Made by a program: the position numbers and the translations under genes. Source: Moniliella sp. 'wahieum' (lineage: Eukaryota). From it: 64,000 nt of DNA. This document shows, piece by piece, positions 1-11,520 of this stretch (position 1 is the first letter of the stretch; every line of letters starts with the position of its first letter). The notes beneath the pieces were generated by a model, which was not told the DNA's origin, ran no database searches, and saw nothing but the letters and a program-made list of their open reading frames with translations. The stretch is taken from assembly GCA_003971905.1 (NCBI GenBank), contig RSEE01000031.1:62001-126000 (forward strand), given 5' to 3'.

Positions 1-309
1 CGCTCGAGGTGCTTGCGCACCGACACGGCCTTCTTGATGAGGTGGTAGAGGTCCTCGGGGATCTGGGGCGCCAGGCCTTCCGACTTGAGAATACGCAGGA
101 TCTTGTTACCGGTAACAAAGCGGACCTGGGCAATGCCCTGCGAGTCACGCAGCTGCACGCCAATCTGCGACGGGGTAAGACCCTTACGCGCCAGCTTGAA
201 GATCTGGTTCGCCACCTCCTCCGGGGTGGCCTTGAGCCGAGGGGGGCGAGCGCCTGTAAGGCAGTGCCGAGGACGAAATGCCCTTACCCTTACCGTACAT
301 ACGACCCAT
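1..309 (-). CDS. RPS13: 40S ribosomal protein S13 (uS15), 3' end outside window
   Basis: Minus strand from ATG at 309 reads [23 protein letters not shown], then after an apparent indel near 240 [78 protein letters not shown]. Confidence 0.97.
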
Positions 310-721
310 GGTGCCTGTTCACGCCATTCACGTCAGCTCTCCTGGGTCAATTTGGGTGGAGGGGAGCAAGAGCCCCCCCGCGTGTTAGAGTTGCTACACA
401 CCTAGTTAGTCTTGTGTGGCGTCAACGGTGGTGAGTTGGCGATGGGAGCGGCAGCAGCCGTCCTGCGCTGAATCCAGCCCAAGGCGCACCTGGCTGCGGG
501 AGGGCCGCTGGGCATAGTAGGGTTGGGTTCGAGCGCGGCTGCGGCAAGTGAGAAGTGCGTGGGGTGAAGAAGACTGGCGTGGTGCGAGGGTTGGAAAAAG
601 AAATTCAGACAAGACTCGCCCCGTGCTGGGCCAAGCCCACTGGCTGGCTAGCGTCACGCTCGACTTTCTTCGTCCCCGTTGCCTGCCACCTGCGCTACAC
701 TGCTACCTCACCGCCACCAAG

Positions 722-1451
722 ATGAAGCTCAACTTGCCAACCCGCTACCGGGGCTCAGAAGAGCGTTGAGATCGACGATGACCGCAAGACGCGTATCTTC
801 TGGGAGAAGCGCATGGGTCAGGACGTTGAGATCGACGCGCTCGGGGACGAGTTCAAGGGCTACGTTGTCCGCATTGGCGGCGGCAACGACAAGCAGGGGT
901 TCCCCATGAAGCAGGGTGTGCTGGTTCCCCACCGTGTGCGTCTTCTGCTCAGCGAGGGCCACTCGTGCTACCGCCAGCGGCGCACCGGTGAGCGCCGGCG
1001 CAAGTCGGTCCGTGGCTGCATTGTCGCTGCCGACATTGCTGCGCTGCACCTGGTGATTGTCAAGCAGGGTGAGCAGGAGATTCCTGGCCTGACTGACGAG
1101 GCCAGCATTGTTCCCAAGCGTCTTGGTCCCAAGCGTGCCAACCACATTCGCAAGTTCTTCAAACTTGACGAAGGAGGACGATGTGCGGCAGTACGTTATC
1201 CGTCGCGAGGTGGTGCCCAAGGCGGAGGGCAAGAAGCCCTACACCAGGCTCCCAAGATCCAGCGCCTCATCACCCCTGTGCGCCTGCAGCACAAGCGCCA
1301 CCTCTTCTCGCTTAAGGTGCGCAAGCAGCGTGAGCAGGCTGCCCAGAAGGCCGACTACGAGAAGCTGCTCGCTTCGCGCCAGGCAGACAAGGCGGCTGCG
1401 CACCACGCTCACCGTGTGGCCGTGGCGGCTGCCAAGGCCCAGACGGCCTAA
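722..1451 (+). CDS. RPS6: 40S ribosomal protein S6 (eS6), intronless, with apparent indels
   Basis: MKLN...[40 protein letters not shown]...[16 protein letters not shown]...[16 protein letters not shown]...[10 protein letters not shown]; frameshifts near 733-743, 1161 and 1246; stop TAA at 1449-1451. Confidence 0.97.
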
Positions 1452-1721
1452 GTCGGAGGTTGTTTCGCCACCTTGTTGGCACGCTGCTCGCAGCCTGGAG
1501 GATGAGCGCACAAGTTCGATTCGTCCAAATGGGGTGGCAGCTGGGTTTGTTGCGGTGCTGTACGTGGGCGATGCCCTATCAAAATCAGGCACTTGTATGC
1601 TATGCAATTCCTCTTCGTAGGGCTACCAGATTACAGGATGAAAGTGGGAGGTGAGAAGTGAGAAAAAGTGAGGTAGTCTGGATTTGAGTGAGATGCAAAA
1701 AAAGGGTAGTGCGTCACCGAA

Positions 1722-1944
1722 CTACTCGTCCTCAGAGTCGAAGTGAGCATCATCTCTTCTGGGTCAATTTCATCAGGGTCAAACCCATCGTCTTCCTCTT
1801 GCCACCCGTCCTCCTGTTGGACATAGCCCTCGTCATCGACATCCAGAGTGTAGCCACCATTTTCGATCACTTCTTCAGCGCGTTCCAACTGCTCCTCCAT
1901 GCTTCTTCATCCCAGTCCTCGTCTTCCACCACGATTTGCACCAT
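1722..1944 (-). CDS. small, highly acidic hypothetical protein
   Basis: ATG at 1944 gives MVQIVVEDEDWDEE, joined across probable indels to MEEQLERAEEVIENGGYTLDVDDEGYVQQEDGWQEEDDGFDPDEIDPE and DDAHFDSEDE* (TAG 1722-1724). No family recognised. Confidence 0.5.
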
Positions 1945-2193
1945 CCCACTGGCAAACAACCACCACACCAACCCCAACACCGTACCGCCTAGCCAAATTT
2001 GCGGCGCCGTGCAATCGACCGCGCCTCATCCGTTCGCTCTGCTGTTGTCTGGGGAGCAGGCGTTTTTTTCTCTCCCCCCGTCCAAAGCCGGCAGGAAGGA
2101 GAGGTGGCGCGAACTGTCTCCAGAGTCCCGCGCAGCACGAGGTGGGCCACTGTGCGGCCCCCGCCTCCGGAGAGAGTTGTGCGTGCGAGGGCG

Positions 2194-3369
2194 TCACAGC
2201 CAAGGAGGATGAAGGAATCTCAACATGCATAGGGCAATAGGCCTCACGCCGTGAGCTCCCTCGTCCACCATCCAGAGCTGGGCCTGGACAGTACGCACCA
2301 CTGTGAGAACAGGTCGCAGCTCAGGGCTGCGCAGCAGATTGTCAAAGTAGGAAATGGGCTCGGGTTCTTGTTCAGATGGGACGGTGCCGCACAGGACCTG
2401 TTCGCTGAGCAAAGGGGCAAGCAGTGCGTGCAGTTGCAAGTCGGTTGCTGTACAGGTAGGAGAGGAGTGCAGGTACCCCGTCTGGCTTCCCTGGTAGAAA
2501 GCCGCAATGGTCCGTAGCACACCTTGTGTTCGTTCTTCCACCTTTGGAACAAACAGTCTGCTGAGTGCAGGACAGGCGCAAGGCAAACAGACAAGACGAG
2601 AGACGAAACAAGAACGCACCTTTGCCTGTTGGAATCGGTGCGAGGTGGTAGAGTGTGGGTGGCATCCATGCCTGGCTGGGAGGTAGCCTCGCTGCGGCAG
2701 GCGAGGAGGCAAACACGTGCTTCCCGCCGAAGGGGGAGGTGGGAGCTGGAGCAGCTGCGGCAGCAGCGTCGCGCAGCTACCGTTTCCTCATCTGGGGAAG
2801 GGTGTGAGGCCAAGACGAGGGCTGGGAAAGGAGAGTGCGCAGACGGATCACCTCATTAACGGCGGCAGCTTGTCGTGCGCGGCGTGAGAGCCATCCCTGT
2901 GCACCTGGGCGGGGGCGGGGTTGGTGGTGAGCTTGTAAGCGATCTGGTACGCGGGAGAACACGTTCATTGAACGTTTCGGGGATGGCGTAGAGGGCGTGC
3001 TGGGTGAGGGGCGCGAGCTGGCGCTGGAGGTAGGCGCGCAAGGCGAGGTCGGGGGGCAGAGGCGCAGCCAGGCAGGGAGCAAGCAGGTCGTAGATGGCCC
3101 CGATGCCGCAGACAGGGTGGAGCGACGGTTGGAGCGGAGGGGCGCCGCCGTGCGGTCTTCTCGTGGCAGGCGGCGGAGCTGGCGAGGTGCCAGGTGATTG
3201 CGCCGCCGCGAGGGAAGGCAGCGGCCAGGAGCGAGGCGGCCAGCAGGCTGTCCGGGTCGACCGACACGAGCCAGGGGGCGACGTCCTGCGGGACGTCCTC
3301 CGCGGCAGGTTCGGGGATAAACGCGCGCAGGAAGAGCGTCAGCACTTCCTTCTCGTCGCTGGCGGCCAT
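2194..3369 (-). CDS. Sam37/metaxin-like mitochondrial SAM complex subunit
   Basis: N-terminal WLVSVDPDSLLAASLL resembles the metaxin/Tom37 LPSxDPxCL motif; middle RAYLQRQLAPLTQHALY; C-terminal GYLHSSPTCTATDLQLHALLAPLL resembles the GST-C-like region. Split by frameshifts; end approximate. Confidence 0.6.
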
Positions 3370-3632
3370 GGCGAGGGAGGGTGGGGCCGTCAAGAAGGCG
3401 GGTTTAGCAGGGCGATGAGGTCACTGGTGCAACCTGCGTTCGCCACGGCTGGACGGCAGGCCGTCTCCGAAGGAAATTGCCAATTCCGCCCGGCCACACC
3501 GATGAACGTCAACCGGCCCCCCCCGCGACCGGCCTACCACCATCCGTCCCACTACCCACCGCCGCACGACCACCCCCACCACCGCCCTCGCCCCCCTCCA
3601 CTGCGCTCCCAGCGGGCCACACACTGCCCACC

Positions 3633-5004
3633 ATGCGGGGCCTCTCTCTCCTCATCTCCCTTATGCTGGCGAGCGGGATTGCCAACAGTCTGCTGATGAA
3701 GGCGCAAGACAAGGTCTGTGTGCGCAACTGCCAAGACCCTGATCCTCGCACCCACGTCGAGTATGCCCAGCCAGTGTGGCAGACGCTCATTATGTTCCTC
3801 GGAGAATCGCTCTGTCTCCTCCCATCTTTGCCCAAATCGTGCGCAGCAAACTCCAGCGTCCCGTCCCATCTCCCTCGGCAGCGATGACGTGCCGCCTACG
3901 CCGGCATTGGAGACAGCCGATCCCTCGAGCCACCAAAGGAAGAACCTCTTCTCCATGGCCGTGCTATGGCCCGCTTCTTCCTTCCGGCGATGTGTGATAT
4001 TATTGGCACAACACTTATGAATGTTGGTCTCATCCTAACACCCGTCAGCATTTATCAGTACGTTGGCGCACTCTACTTTTCCTGGCTGGACAGGATGTGC
4101 TAACTGGTAGCAGAATGACCCGTGGTGCCCTGGCTCTGGGTGGGAGTGTTTAGCGTCATCTTTCTTCGCAGGCACTTGCTCTTGTTCCAGTGGCTCTGTC
4201 TTGCGCTTGTCATGCTGGGGTGGGCATTGTAGGGCTGAGTGGATCGCTCCCCCCAGTACAGCAACTGATGGTCCAGGAAGACGAGCTACCCGACTTGGCC
4301 CGGTCGCTTCTCGGTGTCCTCTTGATCCTCTTTGCCCAGATCTTTACCGCATCCCAATTCGTCCTGGAGGAGAAAATCATGGAGCAGCACACGATCGAGC
4401 CCCTGGTGGCCGTCGGGTCCGAGGGTGTATTCGGTAGCTGCACCCTCTTACTTGCCCTGTCCTTGCGCATGTTATCTATGGTTCTACCCCTGCTGGAAGG
4501 GGGGGGATGTTCGACATGGAAACCGGATGGGAAGAGTTGGCCTACACCCCAGCGAGGTGGTATGCAATCGCGATCGCCATCTCCATTGCGCTCTTTAATG
4601 CGTTTGGACTAAACGTCACTCGTGCCATCTCGGCCGCGGCACGGTCCACGATTGATACCTGCCGTACGCTGGGCATTTGGTTTGTGAGTCTCCTTCTCGG
4701 TGTGGGAACAGCTTCATCTGCTTCAAGGCTCTCTCAAGCCGTTGGGTTCGCCTGCCTTGTCACCGGCACCATGATTTTCAATGGTATCTGGAAACCCCCC
4801 AAGTTCCTTCGCCCCACGCCCCCCGTCGTTCTCGTCGCCAAGGCCGTACTCGCTCCCGATCCCGATCCCGATCGCGCTCTCGCTCTCGAGCTCGTACCGA
4901 GCCTTCGGAGCCGTCGCAGACCCCAGCCGCCTGAGCCTAGTAGTTTCCCCTCCTGTCGAGTTCATCATTCTTCTTTCTCAATTGACCAAGTGGTCTTCAG
5001 GTAG
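3633..5004 (+). CDS. SLC35F6-like drug/metabolite (nucleotide-sugar family) transporter
   Basis: MLASGIANSLLMKAQDKVCVRNC...YAQPVWQTLIMFLGESLCLL; GVLLILFAQIFTASQFVLEEKIM; IALFNAFGLNVTRAISAAARSTIDTCRTLGIW; intron at about 4058-4112; end approximate. Confidence 0.85.
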
Positions 5005-5029
5005 TGTGAAACGAATCAGAAATGCAGCG

Positions 5030-6140
5030 ATTGAACGGTGGGAAAAGATCATGCACATGACGAGAAGTACACGCAGATATACGGAAGTGATCCCAGCATG
5101 CCTTCAGCACGAAAGGGCAAGGTGAAACCAGTAATGGGCCATCCCAAAGGAGAAGAACGTATTCAAACCCTGGAGTCGGAAGAGCAAGATCTGGGCACAT
5201 TCGGCCGCAGTGCCCTTCTTCGCAACTAGTAATGGCCTATGTCTTATGTCTCCCAATGAGTCTGTTGGACAGCAGAATTGAATGCGATGGTGTTGCGAAG
5301 GCAGCAGGCGAAACGAGGCCCAGCAGAAGGAGAAGGAAAGAGGAAGATGACGGAGTCTCAGGCACTAGGCTAGTCTCTGGGGCCCAATCGAACACGATCA
5401 AATCCGGACTCACAGCTCGGTCGACTCTCGGGAGAGAAAACCAATTCTCAACATGACTTCGAGATTATTGGCCCTGGGACAAGCTGGCAACAGCAACGGT
5501 ACCGCATTTCAGTTAATAGGGACTCGCAGGATTACTAGCGGTTAAACGTTTTGTACCCGATGGAACCATATAGGCATGGGGATCACCTTTTTAAGCATCC
5601 TGTCGCAAATACAGAATACTAATGACAAACACCACAAAAAGGCATATCTGGTGGAGCTTGGAGATGCGCATTTGACCGTTATAGCATAATCTGGCTGGCA
5701 TCTTTAGTGTCGTCCAGGATATACTAGTGAGAGAGGTTGAGAGGTAGGTATGGGAGTTCTGCTAGACATTGGCGCTAAGCCAATTACCCAATATGCAGCA
5801 ACAGCTGGAGCGCTGGCCAGAGGTCAGGCCGGGTCCCTTCAATTCTAACGCCCGAGAGACTGTGCCGGGGGGGCGGACAAAAAACTCACATCTAGTAATA
5901 CTGTCGCTGGAAGGGGGCTTTGATGCCTAAAAGTGCCGCAGACGAAAGAGAGGTGGGCATATGAATGAAGGGGGGCAGAGGTCAAGTGAGTAGTAAGAGC
6001 GCCGGCAGATGTGTAAGCAAGTTGGGGCAGGCTTCACCCACGTCGGGGGAGACGGTGCGGAACCAAGGAGATGACATTATGGAAGACAGCCCATTCAATC
6101 ATTTTGCCGTTAAATAGCTCGCCCGGGAGAGGGCGATACC
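5030..6140 (+). mobile_element. degenerate Ty3/gypsy (chromovirus-like) pol 3' region with polypurine tract
   Basis: Stop-riddled fragments IYGSDPSMP (5078), GSPF..ILSQI (~5580), KAYLVELGDA (5639), GIFSVVQ (5696) and RWKG (~5905) appear in the order expected for integrase C-terminus, SH3-like domain and chromodomain. The purine tract gggagagggcgatacc directly precedes an LTR at 6141. Confidence 0.55.
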
Positions 6141-6417
6141 TGTCACGAGCGGGAGCGGCCAGGGGGCCCGCCCTGGGGTGTTAAGGGGTACAATCCTTTG
6201 GAGGTCCTAAGGTCGACTCACGGTGGTTACACGCTTGGGCTGGTTGGTGGTTCCGAGCGGAGCTAGGGACAAGGAGATGCCTCTCGGCGTATTATAGCAG
6301 AGGCGGCTGCAGGTGTGGCAAGGCTGCGTAGCGCCGGCTTGGGCGGCAGTAGCGTGTCCGAAGCCTTCGGGCTCGGGGACGGGGAACGGGCAGCGGAGGA
6401 CCCACGCTGCTTCCAAG
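6141..6417 (+). mobile_element. truncated 3' LTR, same family as the solo LTRs at 10298 and 14057
   Basis: Starts TGTCACGAGCGGG...GGCCCGCCCTGGGG...GGGGTACAATC...GGTCGACTCACGGT and aligns by eye to the first ~260 nt of 10298-11146. Confidence 0.85.
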
Positions 6418-8080
6418 TAACCCCCGCAAGATGAACGGTTCGGTTTAGACGTAGCGTTCCCCCTGTCCCACAGTCTTAAGCTCTGTCAATGATATGGATT
6501 CAGAAGGGGAGATAAGGTTACAATATATAAGCGAAAAAACCCTAACATATCGGAGCACTTCAAACTTCAGCGCATGACATACAGAGAGTCCGAAGAGAGT
6601 CCGAGATGGACGACGACGGCGAGACGCTCTTCCGCCAGATGGATCAGGACATGCGCCGGCGTGAGGTCGCCCAAGACCACATGGACCTGGATTAGCTCTG
6701 AGAGCCCAACCCTTTAGCCCGTTACTATGAACATGCCTTCGACAATGAACCTACCTTCGAAAAACAGCCTGCCTTAGCTCCAAACCATTGCCACAGACAC
6801 ATAATCATGCACAACAAGTTCCAAACACAAAAGCGAACAGGACAGGCTGGGGCGAAGCCCCAGCCAACCGGGCCGTAGGCCCGGTGGTCCTCCTCGTATA
6901 TACAAAGCGCCGCGCCCCGATTAATAAGTCACAAAAATTCAACAAGGTAGCTGGTGCTATCGTGTGCTCTCACTCTAGAATATCCCCACACGACGGACAT
7001 GATGTAGTAGCTTTTCCCGCAATCCTATTAGTTCGAACGTCGGCAAACTTGGACGGTTCGTTGGTATGTTGATGAACTTGGTGGGCTTTGGACAGTACGT
7101 TTCTACAGTACCTGTTTATCCGGATCTGGCCGACGAGACCGATCGATGATCGGCAATGAGATCTGAGAGCTGAGAGGCGAAGGAGCAAATGCGTAGCACC
7201 AATTCAAAGGGTCTCCACGTGTAGCTCTTCATATATGTGCGCAAAAGTCAATACTCAGTACTCAGTACTCAATCCAGAAGCGTGTTTTGGTACCTGAGGC
7301 TTCCACTTCAAAGCGCACTTGTCCGTCCTTCCCATCCGCTTACAGCGACGGTGCGACGACAAATAAAGTAGTGCCAGCATCATGATGTGAACGTTGAATA
7401 ATACCTAATAGTATGTGCGAAGCTCTCAGTCAAAATGCGCTATGGGCTCTCAGATCTCACTAGTGGGCCTGTCAGCAGTAGACCTGGAGCCCTGATGATG
7501 ACGATCCTTAAGATGCTGATAGCAGCGGTAGTGGTAGGAGTAGCTTGTCCAACCAATGGAGCCTATGCTGAGACATCAAAACCTTATCTCCCGTGTAGCT
7601 CATGATGTGCATTATGATGTGGACTCACACTAAGAGAGGTCCGTCTGTTGAGTCACAGGGTAGCTCGTGCTTCCGACCAAAAGGTCCCTTCAGCCCCCCC
7701 TCAGGCCTAGGAGCTCCGATGTTAGTTCTCGCTTGTATATATTTGCCTTTTGCTCTCTCCGCAGCAACAGAGGCCCTCTGTTGCCAAAACTGGTTTGTGT
7801 GGGGACTGGATGATGCATGATGTCCTGGTTTGTGGGACCATGAACAAGATGGACATCACAGTGATTAATAACTAGGAGACCGCAGGGCCTATTACGGCCC
7901 GGTTTGGGTGCTGGACTACCGTCGCCACCTTTTTGGTCGCCGTTCCATCATCGCCACCGTAGCTACCGTTGCACCGTTCCATGTTGGCGAGATTTTATCG
8001 CCAATACGCTGGCCTGCGGCTGCACTGAAGGTGCGATGTGACAGGCTGATGTAAAAAGGAGGTCTTTTTCGGAAGAGAAC

Positions 8081-8388
8081 TGTCAATGATATGGTTACAG
8101 AATAGAGATGGATGTACATCATGGAAGTGCATCAGTGCATCAGTGCATCAGTGCATCAGTGCAGGATGATCCTGGTGACCCAAAGATGTCCCAAGTGCAG
8201 TTGTGCAGTGGTAGAGAGAAGACTGGAACTGGGTTGAACACAGATTGAGAATCAGAAGAAGGAGAAGAAGGAAGAGTGACTAGTGACACAAAAGGCCAGA
8301 GGATAGGGATTATTACTGAGGGGGGTGCCCGGATGAGTAAATGGTTAGGATGACCTGGGAGGTTGCTGGCCCATAACCCTGGTCAACA
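8081..8388. mobile_element. possible LTR of a second family (TGTCAA...TCAACA)
   Basis: TG...CA ends; its terminus tgtcaatgatatgg recurs at 6484; a GGTTATGGGCC (copia PBS-like) sequence lies on the minus strand at 8367-8377. No TSD seen. Confidence 0.3.
8126..8163. repeat. 8-bp tandem repeat (AGTGCATC)x~4.7
   Basis: agtgcatcagtgcatcagtgcatcagtgcatcagtgca read directly. Confidence 0.95.
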
Positions 8389-8519
8389 GTGCATCAGTGG
8401 CATGCATCATGTCGTCTAATTACACTAGAACCTCTGCCACACCCTCTTCATCGGCACACGTGCTGCTCCCGGAAAATCACTGCGGAGGGGAAACGGAGGT
8501 CCATGGTCCATCAATAATA

Positions 8520-10215
8520 TCTACCAACATTTCAACGTACGTCGAAAGAACACTCAACGTTCAACGGCCTCAACGGCTGGCCTTGAGCTGTTCAACGAGC
8601 ACGTTCTACGTTTGACGGTCGACGTTCGACGTTGAAGTTCAACGTCGAGAAGTGAGGTGAACGTGTCAACGTTCAACGAAGAACGACCATCGGTCACCCG
8701 TCAGCGCGTCAGCGCTGAACGTTGAACTTCAAACAACGTGGAGCTCAAAGTTCAAGCTGCCTCAGAAGCGCTGAGGCTACTTGGCGCGCAGCGAGCGCTC
8801 ACATCAAGCTTCAAGCGCAAAAAGCTGTCACATGTCACATATCAACGTTCAACGTCAAAAGCACCAAAAAAAGCTTCACAGCAGAGCTGTGGACGTGGAT
8901 GCCTGGGGCAAAACATTAGACGCACATGTGGGGTTCGTCGTTATAACGTGTCGATACAACACCCGTCCGGCGCATAACGCCCGCAGCGTTTCCGTACCAA
9001 CTTCTTAACGCCGTTACGCGTAACGCGTTATCAGCGATTATAGATCGACAATTAATTGCCACCACAGACGAACGCGGTCGAAATTATGTTTCGCGCGCAC
9101 GTTATTTTTTTCTATACAACCCCCACGGCCTCAGGCCTCACATGCCTGACCTCAGTAGGCCTCACATGCCTGACCTCAGGCCTCACATAGGCCACATCGA
9201 TTCGTTATTTGAACACCGAAAAACATGAGGCCCATGTGGGGGCACGGAAAACCCTTTGAGGAATGAAGGCTTGAAGCTTGAAGCCACAAGCGGCCGCTGA
9301 CAAATGACGAAGGGAAGACCGAGGAGGAGTCTTGGGCGATAAGACGAAACGGTAAAGGAAGAGATCAGGGCTAAAAATGTGAGCGTCCGTCCCGTATGTT
9401 GGGCAACCTTCTGTCCAGTCGCAAAACTCTACATAAGAGACAGCTCTAGAGCCATGGCACTAAGTCAGTTAGGAGGAACTTCTGCCCGACAGCAATTTTT
9501 ACAAGCGCTGAAGCCCTGCATGTGACATGTAAAGCCCTGAGATCCTGAGACTTGAGGTCCCTCAGCCTGAGGACTCCGACAGGCGCTCAGGCCTCCTCAA
9601 GCCTCAGGCTGAGGCCAGAGGCTCGTGCCAGTGAGACTCGGTTATTAAAACTTAACCCTATAGTAGCTTTGATCGTATGTAGCTCTCCACTCAAAGATAG
9701 TGTTGAAATTGGGGGGATGTGGTGGAGCGTCGGCAAAACGCGTTACTATTACTAGCGCTTGGCGCTTTTAGGGTTCAGTATGGAGTGCCTGAGGCCTGAG
9801 GCTCAGGCCTAAATACCTGAGTACCTGAGTACTCCGTGTACTGTGGAGTACTGAATTCCGGAACGCCACTTGCAGATGCCACTGTGTGAGCACAGTGAGA
9901 CTCTACCCACTAGGGACTAAGCTCTAAGGCGGGAGAGCGTAAGAAGAGCCTGAGAACTGAGATCCTGAGATGTCAAATCTGAGAGATCTGAGATCTGAGA
10001 GGCCTCAGGTTTCAGGGATGGTCAAAAGGCGATACGGGTAGTATATAGGGTGGCGTTTTGTCAGCAGCCTGTGGGGGTATGTTTCTTTGCGATTTGCATG
10101 ATCTGGGGGGGGGGGGTTGAACATACGTAATGCCGATAAACATTAAACGTTAAACGTTGGATGTATTACGTTGAGTACGTTGAACGTTAAATTGTGCACG
10201 TTAAAAAGTCGAAGC
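8520..10215. repeat. non-coding tract rich in short palindromic words
   Basis: Dense AACGTT, AAGCTT, AGGCCT, AGATCT, AGTACT and ACGCGT words with 7-bp periodicity; no credible ORF. Confidence 0.8.
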
Positions 10216-10297
10216 AGCTGAGCGCTGATGCATGATGGATGATGGATATTGGAGGACAGAGTCGGTAGATCCTGAACTGTCCTGTCAAACTCAGTAC

Positions 10298-11146
10298 TGT
10301 CACGGGCGGGCGCCGCCAGGGGCCCGCCCTGGGGTTTTTTGGGGTACAATCTCTTAGGCGACGGTAGGTCGACTCACGGTAGTTTCGGGATTAGGCTGGT
10401 TGGTGTGTCCGAGCGGAGCTAGGGACGAGGAGAGGCCTTTGGTGGGGCGGCTGCACGTGTGGCAAGGCTGCGTCTGCACCGGCTTGGGCCGTAGTAACGT
10501 GTCTGAAGCCTCCGGGACTTAGGGACGGGAGGAGGCAGAGGGGGACAAACACTGCCTCAACTGAGACTGGGAATCGCCTCGACCGAAGGAGGGCTCGCGC
10601 GATTGGACTGACGAAGGGCTGGAGGACGAGGTCGGAGGAGATGTCGGACGCTAACAAGAGGAGCTGCCTGTACTGGATCAATTGGCTGGAAAACGGGCAG
10701 GAGTCGGACAGGATAGGCGGGAAAGGGACGAAAGTGGAGACGAGAGGATGACGAGAATGGAAGGTGGGGGAAAAGATCCCCATCAACCAGGGGTACAGGC
10801 AGGATCAAAAGGGAAACGGATACAAGAGGGGTGTAGAAAGGAAGACATGTCAAAAGCGGGGTTGGTCGCCGCAGGCGCGACCGAGAAAGGAAAAGGAAAC
10901 GGGGACGGGGCGACAGTCGTCGCCACGGCACTGGAAGCTCGGTGGCCTTATTTAGGCCGGCCGACTTGGACTTGGGCGGGGGGCGACTATTGTCGCACGG
11001 AGCATGACCCTTCGGGCCACGGTACTTAATTTAGCCAACCGTCATCACACTTCGTTGGCCTGCGGTGCACGCTCTACTGGGCATGTGCGGAGCAGGCGGG
11101 CCTTAGCTTGGGTCGGACCATCTTGGGTCCGCCGCAGCCCGTGACA
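10298..11146 (+). mobile_element. solo LTR (849 bp) with 5-bp TSD AGTAC
   Basis: Ends TGTCACGGGC...GCCCGTGACA (10-bp terminal inverted repeat); AGTAC at 10293-10297 and 11147-11151. Confidence 0.93.
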
Positions 11147-11520
11147 AGTACTCTATTCTACCCAGTCCCCTTCGGGGTTGCGGCGTCTCTCGAGAGCAAG
11201 GCAGAAGGGTCTGAGCAGCTATGCGATTTCGTGTACACGGTAGCACGGACCCTGTTGTGCCTATTTTGCCACGGCCGGGTTTCTACTTCTGTTTTTGTAG
11301 CCTCGTCTCTCTCGCCCCCCAGCATTCCTGGGAGTTGGAATGAACGCATCATCGTTCAGCTCCATGTGTATATAGTGTGCACAGTCCCACCAATACCCCC
11401 GTCGGACCGCCTCCATCCGCTCCCCCTTTCTCGGCCCACCTGGCCCCGAGGCTACCTCCCTACTCTCGATCTCGATCTCTCTTTCCACTCTACCTCTTGT
11501 CACACTCATTGTATCACAGC

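Noticed and set aside
9..434. Plus-strand ORF and the many overlapping GC-rich ORFs in the track
   Set aside because: They are antisense or alternative-frame shadows of real genes, expected at high GC.
10298..11146. ORFs inside the LTRs, and RIP-like hypermutation between copies
   Set aside because: The ORFs are not conserved in frame between copies. The part I compared by eye shows mixed substitutions with CpG retained.
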